From: Octopus bimaculoides
Lineage: Eukaryota
Assembly (NCBI RefSeq): GCF_001194135.2
Contig: NC_068988.1
Coordinates: forward strand, 32,642,225-32,678,033
Length of the DNA stretch: 35,809 bases
Reading direction: 5' to 3'
The notes under the pieces were generated by a model. It saw only the letters and a program-made list of their open reading frames with translations, was not told the origin of the DNA and made no database searches. Shown here piece after piece: positions 11,290 through 23,277 of the stretch (its first letter is position 1; each line of letters opens with the position of its first letter). A program made the translations under genes and the position numbers.

Positions 11290-11468
11290 ATGAGTAAATA
11301 TATATATATATATACTTTTATATAAATGCTTATATACATTTACATCTATACATGTATTAATATATATCTATATATATACATATATATACATAGATATATA
11401 TGTACACATATATACAGGCATACATATATTTATACATATAATATACATACATATATACATATGCCTGT

Positions 11469-11505
<37 letters not shown>
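11290..11505. repeat. (TA)/(CA) compound microsatellite
   Basis: Read directly. Confidence 0.9.
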
Positions 11506-11834
11506 NNNNNNNNNNNNNNNNNNNNNNNNNNNNNNNNNNNNNNNNNNNNNNNNNNNNNNNNNNNNNNNNNNNNNNNNNNNNNNNNNNNNNNNNNNNNNNN
11601 NNNNNNNNNNNNNNNNNNNNNNNNNNNNNNNNNNNNNNNNNNNNNNNNNNNNNNNNNNNNNNNNNNNNNNNNNNNNNNNNNNNNNNNNNNNNNNNNNNNN
11701 NNNNNNNNNNNNNNNNNNNNNNNNNNNNNNNNNNNNNNNNNNNNNNNNNNNNNNNNNNNNNNNNNNNNNNNNNNNNNNNNNNNNNNNNNNNNNNNNNNNN
11801 NNNNNNNNNNNNNNNNNNNNNNNNNNNNNNNNNN
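11506..11834. other. Assembly gap (N)
   Basis: Run of n. Confidence 1.
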
Positions 11835-11964
11835 TAAGGACTTCTGGTATCTTGACCGAGGATAGCAGGCCACGAATGATCCGTCTGTTTTTGCCGGTCT
11901 TTCTAATTTTTGTTTTTCCTTTCCACCTTTGTGTCATCCATTTGTCCGAATATTTTATTGTCCT

Positions 11965-12073
11965 CTATTTATATATACATATAGCGGCGTGCGTGCACAC
12001 TTGTGCTCATGTATATATACATGCATATATGTTTACATGCATACATACATATATGTATATATATATATATATA

Positions 12074-12153
<80 letters not shown>

Positions 12154-12230
12154 TGTGTGTGCTTGTATGTGTATGTATATATATATATACATACATGTAT
12201 ATATGCATGTATATATAAATATACATATAT
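11965..12230. repeat. (TA)/(TG) compound microsatellite
   Basis: Read directly. Confidence 0.9.
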
Positions 12231-12729
12231 CCCAAAATGAGTTCAAATGAATATATAATCCTGGTAGTTACCGTGTTTCTTCTTAAATCCGATTTTTATG
12301 CGGGTTAACCACAAGGGAATTTTAGTTATAGACGCGGACAATATTCGATCCGTACCGGTGTTGGCGATAACTATTCACAAACTGTAGCTCTTCAGTTGAG
12401 TGCCTGTCGAGAGTGATAATATATCTGTTGTGGGCGGTTTGGATGCCTTAAAAGGGAAGAGGAGACTGAGGATTTGTATGGTGTAGGCCGAATTGGTTTC
12501 ATGTTAAGTAGCTCATCTCATGTTCCTCGAACATAATAGTTTTAGTTGTAATGTTGAGTACTCTGTTGATAAGGACCGGAAAATAGGCGACCAATTGGAG
12601 GAATGCTAATAGGGCCGGTGAAGTCGGAAACCAGAGGCCGAAACAACCATATCAGATGGGTAGAATTGTCTGTGGCCATTTGGTGTCATGAAACTAGACG
12701 TTTTACATCTCGTTAGTGGCTCGTTGATT

Positions 12730-13310
12730 TCAGTCTTCGAAGATAAGGATGTCTTTCTTGGAGATGACCTGTACATGGTGGATTGATGATCGCAGGTCCG
12801 AGTCAGAAAGCGTGAAGTTCATTGTGTCGTAATGGAGGTTCAAGACTTCACACTTGGACAAGTCAATGTCGAGGCTGATCCTCAGCAGAGCAGGAGCAAC
12901 TGATTGGAATCGTGGTAGACTATGTCCGGGTCAACCCATCATCGCAACATCCAGTTAACGCACGTTAAGAAGTTTTGTGATGTTTAGAAGTGTTGTGATG
13001 TTTACCCTGCGAGTACTGGACACATATCTTGAATGATCGTCAAAGATCATGTGACAAAAACGCTCAAATCTTCTGGCGGCGACCAGTCGCTCGGAGCTTT
13101 CCCCAGCCGTGCATCATTTTCCTATTTATTGGAGTACCTGCTTTACTGATCTCCAAACAAGCTCTTCACTGCGGGCAAATGTCATATCATATTCGACCGA
13201 TGTTTAACGGGACTATCCATCGGACCTCCTCTTCTTCGATCTTGGGTGGGCAGTATTGCTCGAATCATCATAGTTCCTTTCATCGTCTGGTACATGGACG
13301 ATAAGCATTA
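12730..13310 (-). mobile_element. Heavily decayed non-LTR retrotransposon reverse transcriptase, CRE-clade-like
   Basis: Broken frames give EEEVRWIVPLNIGRI (cf. DGGIRPIAVG..LRR), GESSERLVAARRF (cf. GG.EAAVHA.R.F), LDVAMMG (cf. YLDDGTLG) and VAPALLRISLDIDLSKCEVL (cf. IGL.LN.SKCE), in the expected order. There are many stops and the QGDP segment is not visible. Confidence 0.55.
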
Positions 13311-13390
13311 TGCTCAGTTACAATATATAAAATTAAAACTTATAGTGGACATGTGACTAAAAACTGAACATGTTTTAATATTTGTCCCAA

Positions 13391-13499
13391 TTGTTGTTGT
13401 TGTTGTTGTTGTTCTTCTTCTTCTTCTTCTTCTTCTTCTTCTTCTTCTTCTTCTTCTTCTTCTTCTTCTTCTTCTTCTTCTTCTTCTTCTTCTTCTTCT
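13391..13499. repeat. (TTG)n followed by a long perfect (TTC)n microsatellite
   Basis: Read directly. Confidence 0.97.
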
Positions 13500-15505
13500 G
13501 TTGCTGCAATTTAAATATTATTTGGAATTTTGAATTTATAAATTCCAAGCCGGTATCAGGAACTGAGGAATATAATTTATGAAAAGATTATGCTAGGAAC
13601 ATAATTATTCGACTGTGGCCTGCTTGCATTTGAGAATTAATGAAACCTCCACGTATTTAGTTTTAATTCGAAGTTGAATATATATATTTCAAATGTCAAA
13701 ATAGCTATATTTAATAATTACCTAAATTTGAAATTGCATACGTTACAACAGGTAATAATGTTTGACTCCTGGCGCACAAAATGCCCAGTTTATTTAAATA
13801 ATCTACACGCATTTGTGTTGTGCAATATATTGTAATATAAACTGTTATTATTAACATACATTTCAAATGTTAAGCAACGACATTTAATTAATTCCAGAGC
13901 ATACTGGTAATTGAAAATGGTTGATGAAATTTCACAATTATGCATGGAATATTATAAATATCAATGAATAATGAATGTATCACTTTCTATATTATTAACT
14001 AGCCACAAAGAAATATTATTAGCGATCCTGGCCAAATTAACTGTTACAATTAAATATTAGCAGCAAAACAGACAATTATTATTGTAGTGTGTAATTGAAT
14101 AATTTTATATTCATCTCTATATATCGGTAATCTTTCATATTCTCACACCGAACAGAACACTACTGCATAAATAATATATGAATAGTCTTTTATGCATTAA
14201 TTTACCTCTCTCTCTTTCTATCTCGTCGATTATAATGTTACTGGAAACATTCAACAGATTATTAATATATGTAGCACGAGGCTCTTTATTTCAGTTCTTT
14301 AATTCACAGAACGTACTGAGTTCAAAGTCGCCAAGGCAATTTTCCAATTTGTCTCCCTGCTATAGTTTATAATGGATTTGAGTTGCAAGCAAACATGAAA
14401 CACGAATAATTTGTCTTAGGATATGCCGGATTGGTTCATTCTATGTTGACTTATTAAGAGGATTAGTAACCTCAAACCAGTGCGATGTATTTATTATGTA
14501 TCACACTTTTATCAAAGATAATAACTTTTTCGAATAAGAATCCAAATCTTTAATTCTTTAAGGTTACAGTACTTTCTTACTTATAAATAGAAGCACCTGT
14601 CCATATATCACAGAACCATAATTACTACATTAGCTATCCGTTGTTGCCTAGGAGTACCAGAATAAATCACTATACAAAATGACTGGGCAAACGAAATGAT
14701 TGCTAATGCTCTCAAGTAAAACAACTTAGAGAACGACGTTAACTCACGTAGTATCTCACTCAGTTCACCGACAAACAATTGTTTTTATTTGACGTTTTCA
14801 TAGGATGAAATCAGCATTCAACATCAAACTCAAGATAATTAATCAGGTGTTAGAAATCTTCAATGTTGCATCGACCATATGTGTTACAATCGAAGGTGTC
14901 ATTTAATGGAATGTCATTTTATAGAAATTTCACAGGAGTTAGAATAGATTGCCTTATGCAGACATCACGTTCTCATCGCTCCTAAGTTTATGGAATATTC
15001 CAGAAATAAAAAGTTAACCTCGTAAATCAGTTCCGTATAAATTTCAAGAATAATGTCATAATTGACAACTTTTCACCATCGTACATGCATAGATAGATCT
15101 TGACGATTTATTTGACACATTTCTCCCATTTAGAATGCAATGATCATGTGAATGGCATAGCATCATACAATTAGAACAGTCATATATGCACATTGCTGCA
15201 ATCAGATCCATAGTAGTGTAATTCTTCACTGAAGATTTCGGTCAGAAATTTTACCTCAAAACTGCTTGTAGAGTGTGCTGAGATGTCGAGTGACTATGTG
15301 CTGACGAAGAACATGAAAAGTTACAAAATAAGCATTTATATCAAACTAACCAGCGTTATCCTAAACAGCCAAAAGCAGAATGATGTAAAAATCTTGTACG
15401 TAAACAGAGAGGAATGGAACTTAGGTGAAACAAAATTGATAATTGTTAAAACAGTTTTGGAATTGCATCGAATCATGGATGCATTATATTGAGATATAAG
15501 ATATA

Positions 15506-15540
<35 letters not shown>

Positions 15541-15809
15541 GTGTGTGTAAGTGTGTGTAATCTATTTTCGTATTTGTCGGCTTCGATAAGGCTCAGATAT
15601 CCACATTTTGTTACAGGTAACCGGTGTAACTCCTGATATATATCGTTGCTAGATCGACAGTTGTATCGATGTGATTTCACTCTCCTGCGAATAGTTGAAG
15701 TCTCCCTCTTTTTCATCACACCTGATTTCCCGCTCGGAGATTTTCCCGATCTGTTTCGAACACTTTCGTCGGTTGGTATCAATAACTTCGCTATAAACAC
15801 CCCACCCCC

Positions 15810-16060
15810 ATTGAAAGCCTCATAATCCTATTCCTACACACCACACTGTGTATCCACTGTAACCACACCACAAGGTGCATCCAGAAATCTCAGTTTCAAC
15901 AACTCTTTCGGTTTTGTAGTGAAAATTGTGACTTCGAAACACCGTTCCAACTCATGAACAAAACTTCAGCAAATAGGTATACACCCCACCATTGTCGAAA
16001 CAGCCCTCGCTCGTACCCGTAACTCATCTGCCTCTGACACTGACTCATCCTTAGCTACCA
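15810..16060 (+). mobile_element. Penelope-like RT C-terminal (thumb) fragment, decayed
   Basis: HCNHTTRCIQKSQFQQLFRFCSENCDFET...MNKTSANRYTP / PTIVETALARTR matches the PLE pattern HP.H.K.SIPYSQFLRLRRICS...F...RGYP...I..A..R. Confidence 0.6.
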
Positions 16061-16217
16061 TCCCACCTCCTACCAATTCATAGCACCATTTTACGTACTT
16101 TCTGCAAACACCTATGGGACATCGTCCCATTTGTTTCTCTTCTCATATTTCCATACAGTTCATATGCTGAAAGGTTAAAGAACGCCACCCATTTTTCCTG
16201 AACGTGAAATTGATATA

Positions 16218-16441
16218 CAGAAACCTCTTGACAATCGCGTGTCTTACGTTCCAAAACCCCTCACAATAGGTGAAAATCTACGAAGTAGAAAAAAGTACTG
16301 TACTTTGTATTATATTTTATAATTATTATAATTTGAACATATTTATTTTATTATAAATGCAAAATAACGCCACGGAGGAATCGACGTAAGCTTAAAAAAT
16401 AACCAGAGATAGGTGAACCGCGATATGGCGAGGGATTACTG
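16218..16441 (+). mobile_element. Tigger/pogo-like MITE of about 224 bp with imperfect TIRs and TA target-site duplication
   Basis: Left end TA|cag-aaacctcttgacaatcgcg; the reverse complement of the right end is cagtaatccctcgccatatcgcg, followed by TA at 16442-16443. Confidence 0.7.
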
Positions 16442-16809
16442 TACCTTTTTTAAAATTTTGTTTTAATGGTTGTTTTTATTTTTCTACCATATATATTTGA
16501 ATGGGAGTGCGTATTTACGTATATATCAATTTCAAAGGTAGTTAATTCAATACTTCGTATTTCATTTGCTTAGTATGTTCGAAAGTTGCATTCAGTAAAA
16601 TTTTAATATTAATGAATCGGACTTGGCAAATCAATTTTTTCATAGGTGCTAAAAATTACAAACCATATATACAATAATTTATATGCATATATTTTAAATT
16701 AAAATTTTTCGTCAGTGACGACAGTTAAAATCTGCAAAGCATAATACTCTACCTCTGGTATTTGAGTACTCTTTTTTCCACCTTGTTGCGCATTTTATGT
16801 TCCTACTCC

Positions 16810-16811
<2 letters not shown>

Positions 16812-16852
<41 letters not shown>

Positions 16853-16921
16853 GAAAACCAAGAGGAGAGGAGAGATTTAATTATGAGATAATTTGGTATC
16901 TGCCTGGATAATTTATCCCTT

Positions 16922-16961
<40 letters not shown>

Positions 16962-16992
16962 GCACGCACACGCACACACACACACACACATG
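16812..16992. repeat. (TA)n (16812-16849) and (CA)n (16923-16992) microsatellites
   Basis: Read directly. Confidence 0.9.
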
Positions 16993-17134
16993 CATATATC
17001 TGATGACCTCTCTCGTCGTTAGATAATGCATGGGGGTTCCACAATTTCTCACCGAAGAAACACACAGATGATATGTTTATAGTTAAAAATGTTTGTGTAC
17101 ATATAAGCTCACTCTATCCATAAAATCGACATTC

Positions 17135-17296
17135 TCTGTACAGGTGCACTATGTGTCACAGGTCAGATGATGAAATGATCGCAGAGCAACGTGAAACGCA
17201 GTGCTTTGCTCAAGAACACAACGCAATGCCCGGTCTGGGAATCGAACCTACGATCTCACAATCATGTGTGCAACACCTTATCCACTGAACTATGTC
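17135..17296 (-). mobile_element. tRNA-derived SINE 5' portion
   Basis: Minus-strand A-box tagttcagtgg (17292-17282), B-box ggttcgattcc (17248-17238), then a CORE-like gtgttcttgagcaaagcact. Confidence 0.75.
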
Positions 17297-17364
17297 CCAT
17301 GAGATAAATGCATATATATATGTGTACGTGCGTGAGTGTTTGTGTGCATGTATTTACGTCTGTT

Positions 17365-17545
17365 GCGCCAGTGTTTGACAACGGGGGCATCAGTTTGTTT
17401 ACGTCACGTAATTTAGTGCTTCTCTTAAGGAAACTCACAGAATAAACACCGTATTTAAATAAATACGGACATAGATTGCATCACCGAAATACTTGAAGCT
17501 GCTCCCACTGCATGACCACCGTAAAAGAGTTAGATAATTAAAAAC
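17365..17545 (+). mobile_element. Degenerate SINE 3' tail
   Basis: tttgacaacg...gtttacgtcacgtaatttag...gctgctcccactgcatgacc aligns with the reverse complement of 33965-34150. Confidence 0.55.
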
Positions 17546-18297
17546 ATGTAAAAGAGTTAGATAATTAAAAAGAATTATACCGTAGGTCTCATTGTGGGGA
17601 ATCCTTTTATTTCATATGTTAATGCAATATAAATAGGAAAAATATATTTATTTAAATGGATACAAATATAAGCCTTATATATTTCTATCGTCCCACTGAG
17701 TATGGATGTAAAAAGAACATATACTAAAAGAAGATTTGAACTGTAAAATCAAAGATGCGAAAGTGAATACAATGCATCGTTTAATAAATGTAAAAGATCA
17801 TTAATTCAAGCATCTCTAATGACATATGAGCAAATAATATTGATTGATTTAATCACCAAGCCATTCCCCCAAACGATGGAAATTCAGTGTAATATGCAGT
17901 GTGTATGATATGAAGGCAAGGCTTCAAAGTTGATTGCAGAAGTAATATGACGTAACTTAAAACCATGAATCTCAGCGCTAGAATTTTGCAACCAGTCACA
18001 CATACTAATTCAGGGATAAAAATAAATTTGCGAAGTCTGGCACGTTCTATGAATATAAATGATGTTACGTATACATATATTTCATCACAAAACTACGTAT
18101 TGTGTGGAGTTTGTTTGAAAACGTGCAGATTATTGTCGCCTCTATACACAAGAGGAAATTATATATTTTTCTATGAAACACTTTCTCTGGACGGTCTAAT
18201 ACTCTTACGTATACAACTATTATGAATACCAATGTCTGCACAGATATCATAACTTCCTTGATCAATTGTAATAGATCAACTACTACTACTACTACTA

Positions 18298-18364
18298 CAC
18301 AATTCTTCTCTATTTCAGATATTTAGAAGGGCATCAAACGGCCCTTCAAAGAATAATTAACAAT

Positions 18365-18407
<43 letters not shown>

Positions 18408-18496
18408 AACACACACACACACGCGCACACACATACATTTGTGTGTGTGTTTGTATAATATATATAGTATCATTATTAAGCAACTCACTAACAGCA

Positions 18497-18498
<2 letters not shown>
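18298..18498 (+). repeat. Direct repeat, copy 1 (about 200 bp), embedded in (ACT)n
   Basis: Matches 23059-23277 except for 2 substitutions and the (CA)n length. Confidence 0.95.

Positions 18499-18560
<62 letters not shown>
18497..18560. repeat. (ACT)n microsatellite
   Basis: Read directly; a shorter (ACT)n lies at 18279-18297. Confidence 0.95.
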
Positions 18561-19134
18561 TTACTACATCTGTTTCTGCCATTGTTAGTGCTATTACTAC
18601 TACGGCAGCGAGAACAAAATATACAATGTGTGAGGATTTCGTCAAAGATGAGAGAACCAAAGAAGGAACACATGAGAACAAGTATTGCATTATCATGATT
18701 GTAGTCTTCAAATGAATGTAGTCTTCAAATCTACAGATGCTCGTTTATAAGCATTCCAGTAGCCTTAACATCTCTTTCCTTTCCAAGACGAACTATAAAA
18801 AGTCGATAGTGCAGTAACGAGTTTCTTTTTGCCAATCTTTTCAAATTCGTCCAACATGCAACATATTTCGCCATGATAGTTTGACTCGCCTTCCTAAATT
18901 TAGGCGGCGATTCTTAAGATGCGCTACATGCAACAACAGAACACCCCATTGCTCTACAAATCATTGAATGCATCTCTGTTAGTTTCGCCTGGCGACATCT
19001 CGTTGACTGCTGCAGTTATTTTGATCCAACAATCTGATGCTGTAGTTCCCATTGTTTTGGAGGTGGCAAGGATAAGTTTACTTCTTTGTTTTGTTTTTCT
19101 TAGTTCCATTATACTGACCGTCTTGACCGGTTCA

Positions 19135-19220
19135 TTATTTACATTATTTACATTCGACAGATATTTGTTCTAATATTGTTTGTTATCAACACAACTTTTC
19201 GGTTGATATACCCTCCAGGT
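19135..19220 (-). repeat. Inverted fragment of the 3' terminal region of the downstream PLE
   Basis: 19140-19156 is the exact reverse complement of 20001-20017 (cgaatgtaaataatgta). The minus strand carries ggagggtatatcaaccGAAAagtt. Confidence 0.6.
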
Positions 19221-19387
19221 CGGCTTGCGGTATACGGATGTCCTGAATCCATATTTTATATGCTTTAAATCCATACTTTAAAGCCGACTTTTACTAAAAC
19301 CATACTTGAAAGCCGTACTTTACTGGAAGATACCTCAACTTCAATTTACACCATCCATACAGTGTAAAGGGAGGGATTGCTCCAATT

Positions 19388-20048
19388 ATGAAGAAGAGAG
19401 AGGATGAGGCCAATAAACTGTCCACAGTCTGTCTACCCTATGTGAAAGGTCTCTCCGAAAGATGCAAAACATATGCGGTCCATATGACATCAGGACAGTA
19501 TTCAAGTGTCATACACCATTTCGCAAATATCTCCTTCGAGTAAAATCACCAATAGCAGAGAATATGACCAAAGACTGCGTGTACCCCATTCCATGCAGCT
19601 GTGGTAGGCTATAAAAAAGCGAAACATATTGCCCCCTCAAAATAAGGGTTGACGGGATAAATCGGGTATAGCTGATCATGTATGGAAAAATGAAGACCAC
19701 CTCCCTGTGTGAGATGAAGTTAAAATAATAGACAGAGAACACCACTGGGAAATATGAAAACTAAAAAAGCAGCGCATATGCTAGGACACAAAAACCTCCT
19801 AAGCAAACCGAGTGCAGATATAAGCAGCATATGGGAACCGGTACTAAGGAAGGATAGGAAAATATTAGATTTATAAGTCCTAAAATTCAGTCCATAATTG
19901 CCCACGAGCATATGGCGTAGCAGTTAGGAGCCCGGGCTATGAACCCCAAGATTTCGAGTTCGATTCCAAGCAGTTACCTGAACAATAATGATAATATCAG
20001 CGAATGTAAATAATGTACTTTATTCCTCATCTCTTAAATATAGGACCG
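19388..20048 (+). mobile_element. 5'-truncated Penelope-like retroelement (Poseidon-like): GIY-YIG endonuclease pseudogene plus 3' region
   Basis: KLSTVCLPYVKGLSE / QNICGPYDIRTVFK...KDCVYPIPCSCGRL*KSETYCPLKIRV / DKSGIADHVWKNEDHLP.*DEVKIIDREHHW..KLK / AAHML...IWEPVLRK, with TAA at 19874-19876; multiple stops, frameshifts and an internal deletion. Confidence 0.85.
19907..19985 (+). promoter_or_regulatory. tRNA-like Pol III internal promoter module (A and B boxes)
   Basis: A-box-like tggcgtagcagttagg at 19913-19928 and B-box gagttcgattcc at 19956-19967, at tRNA-like spacing; no acceptor stem. Confidence 0.6.
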
Positions 20049-21124
20049 TATTTGAATGGTTGTATTCCATTACCGATTAAGCATAATGGGTAATTCCTGA
20101 CAAGGAATTTATTCGTAAATGCCTAGTTTTATATCACTGATATTTGCATCGAATATTATTGTATATATATTTTTTTATCTTGGTTATTAGAGCACTAACC
20201 TGATATTTGTGACATAACTGACATTTTTTTTAAGGACGTCTAAAACGAGGAGTTCTCCATTGACAATTGAATCGCCTATTTTTAATTATTCAATTGATGA
20301 GTGTTTCAAGTTATTTTAGTTTGTCAATTCCAAAAGATGAAAAAATTATCGAGGTCACTTTTCCACTGTTCTTATTTTCTGGAATAAAATTTTCTCCGCC
20401 TCTCATAATTCAATATATGCGACAACGGAGTTCAACTGCAAAATTATCCAACCAAATTGCATTGGCTTCTGATTAATGAAAGACATGTGCAACATCATTC
20501 CACCGAATCCAGGACATTCCTCGGCCGCTATTCTTTATTCAGATTAAACATTGTTCTTTTTATATATTTGTATATATTTATATATTTGAATATTTACACA
20601 AAATATATACTTTTAACATTAATAATTTTGAATATTTACAAAACATATTTAATTGCAATACTTTTAAGCAGTTCTATGATTTATATGAAATACGTACTTA
20701 TTTTTTACGACATGATTAATTGCAGTAACACCTTGGAAAGTATTCATTGATAGAAGAATTTTTTTCAATCAGTTATAGGTGTTTAATACGGAAGAAGGGA
20801 TAAATATGGCGGCATTAGAATCGTTATATTGTCATTTAAAAAGTACTTGTATAATGAAAAGAAATCTAAGTATGGAATAAAATAATCAGCTTCAGAAATA
20901 CATTAAATAATAAACAGATTAGCTGAGAGATTATCATTTACATTCCTTCTATATAAATAAGCTGTACAAAATTATTGTTTAAATATTGATGCTCTATTTG
21001 GTTGAATAAAAGTCTTACTATACCCAAATAACCCAAATAAAAGCGCATATTGAAATATGCAAATTACTTTTACTTATTATAATAATATATATGGATATAT
21101 ATATATATATATATATATACATAT

Positions 21125-21650
21125 NNNNNNNNNNNNNNNNNNNNNNNNNNNNNNNNNNNNNNNNNNNNNNNNNNNNNNNNNNNNNNNNNNNNNNNNNNNN
21201 NNNNNNNNNNNNNNNNNNNNNNNNNNNNNNNNNNNNNNNNNNNNNNNNNNNNNNNNNNNNNNNNNNNNNNNNNNNNNNNNNNNNNNNNNNNNNNNNNNNN
21301 NNNNNNNNNNNNNNNNNNNNNNNNNNNNNNNNNNNNNNNNNNNNNNNNNNNNNNNNNNNNNNNNNNNNNNNNNNNNNNNNNNNNNNNNNNNNNNNNNNNN
21401 NNNNNNNNNNNNNNNNNNNNNNNNNNNNNNNNNNNNNNNNNNNNNNNNNNNNNNNNNNNNNNNNNNNNNNNNNNNNNNNNNNNNNNNNNNNNNNNNNNNN
21501 NNNNNNNNNNNNNNNNNNNNNNNNNNNNNNNNNNNNNNNNNNNNNNNNNNNNNNNNNNNNNNNNNNNNNNNNNNNNNNNNNNNNNNNNNNNNNNNNNNNN
21601 NNNNNNNNNNNNNNNNNNNNNNNNNNNNNNNNNNNNNNNNNNNNNNNNNN
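21125..21650. other. Assembly gap (N), flanked by (TA)n
   Basis: Run of n. Confidence 1.
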
Positions 21651-23058
21651 NATATATATATTATTTACTGTCACAAATCGTTACTTCAAACGGTTACTCA
21701 GACAAAATCTCAATATATATATGAAAGGAAATTATACTTTATCGTATACCACTGATACAATAATTTCATTCTAAAGTGTTCGATGTAAGCGTTATAGTGT
21801 TCATTTACAAGACGATCTTGATAAATCATTGTGTAATCTGTTTTCCATTAATTCCTTAAATCAGGAAAGACAAGAAGAAATAAAAGCTATGATATATTTG
21901 ATGGAATTCAAACAAAATATGTTTACCAAAACATCTGCATTTGCATTACTGCTTGATAAATGATATAAATTTCCTTTTAGCGGTTGGCACTTGCTAGGTG
22001 ATATAGCATTTTTCTAGAGAGAAATGAAGCACCCAATGATATGACAATGACAACTTAATTCTTCATTTGCATTTATTCTCAATTTTCACAACAGACTATA
22101 CCGACAAAAACATGAAAATAATTGTGAAATATTCGTCAAGAAGAACAATATCATATGGGGCAAATTTTCAACATTCTCTTAATGGATAGCATCACTTGAT
22201 TTAAAACATATCAAGTTTAATGGCTTTATACATTCTTCATTCTCTAGTTAATGATTAAACATTTGCAAATTACAATCGATTCATCTCATTAGTAAACCAA
22301 AACACAAAACAGCTTCTTTATAGTGAAGAATCAAGTAGACAATGAATACACATAAAAGCACAAACACACATACACAGGCGTACCCGCACACACACACACA
22401 CTCACGTGCGCAACCACACACGCACACGCACGGGTGTGCAGAAGCCTTGATAAACGAATTGATATATGGGCATAGCTGTATATATGTAAGTCATTCCCAT
22501 TTGCATCACTCTTTGTATCTCATTTCCAATATCCTTAAAACAATTGCGAAATTTGACATCACGTATTGACATCGTATATCGTATAGCTCTCACGTATTCT
22601 CATGTTTAAATCTGCAGCTAAGCAGATCAAAAGTAAGTAGACCTTACAACAATGTCGTTTCCTTCTAATTCACATCAGACCTAGTACTAAGAGCTTTACC
22701 TCATAAGGAAAATCTACCAGTTATTTACAAGTGTATAGGTACATTTACAAAAACATACGAGAATATCACCTCAAATTCTTTCACTTTCCAAAATTCTACA
22801 TCCAACCATTTGTTTACAGGCAGTTTATTTACAGTGAAAGATCTGGTTGTGAACTATCAATTACATTCAAATCGTGTGGTGTGATGCTAGCGGCTACAGA
22901 CAGGAAGCGTGTCAGACCTCTCTCTGAACAGAGATGTATCACATTTGAAAACTCACTAGAATAATTTAAGTGTACCTATTTGTTATTACTATCATAGTCA
23001 GTTGGTGATTAAGTTCTCAATATCACTGTATTATTGAAAAACATCTACCAACGAATAT

Positions 23059-23125
23059 CACAATTATTCTCTATTTCAGATATTTAGAAGGGCATCAAAC
23101 GGCCCTTCAAAGAATAATTAACAAT

Positions 23126-23175
<50 letters not shown>

Positions 23176-23277
23176 ACACACAAACAAACACACACACACA
23201 CGCGCACACACATACATTTGTGTGTGTGTTTGTATAATATATATAGTATTATTATTAAGCAACTCACTAACAGCAAC
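23059..23277 (+). repeat. Direct repeat, copy 2
   Basis: Near-identical to 18298-18498, with unique flanks. Confidence 0.95.

Noticed and set aside
12260-13310. Gypsy integrase interpretation of the GC-rich island
   Set aside because: I saw no ordered HHCC/DDE motifs; the RT motifs of a CRE-like element fit better.
6400-14400. Apparent shared IYNG/ELQAN peptide between 6400-6790 and 14370-14400
   Set aside because: Similarity covers only about 20 nt and the phases are incompatible; expected by chance in AT-rich DNA.
18443-18715. Thr-rich, mucin-like ORF
   Set aside because: It is built from the (ACT)n microsatellite and the duplicated segment, with no credible splice sites.
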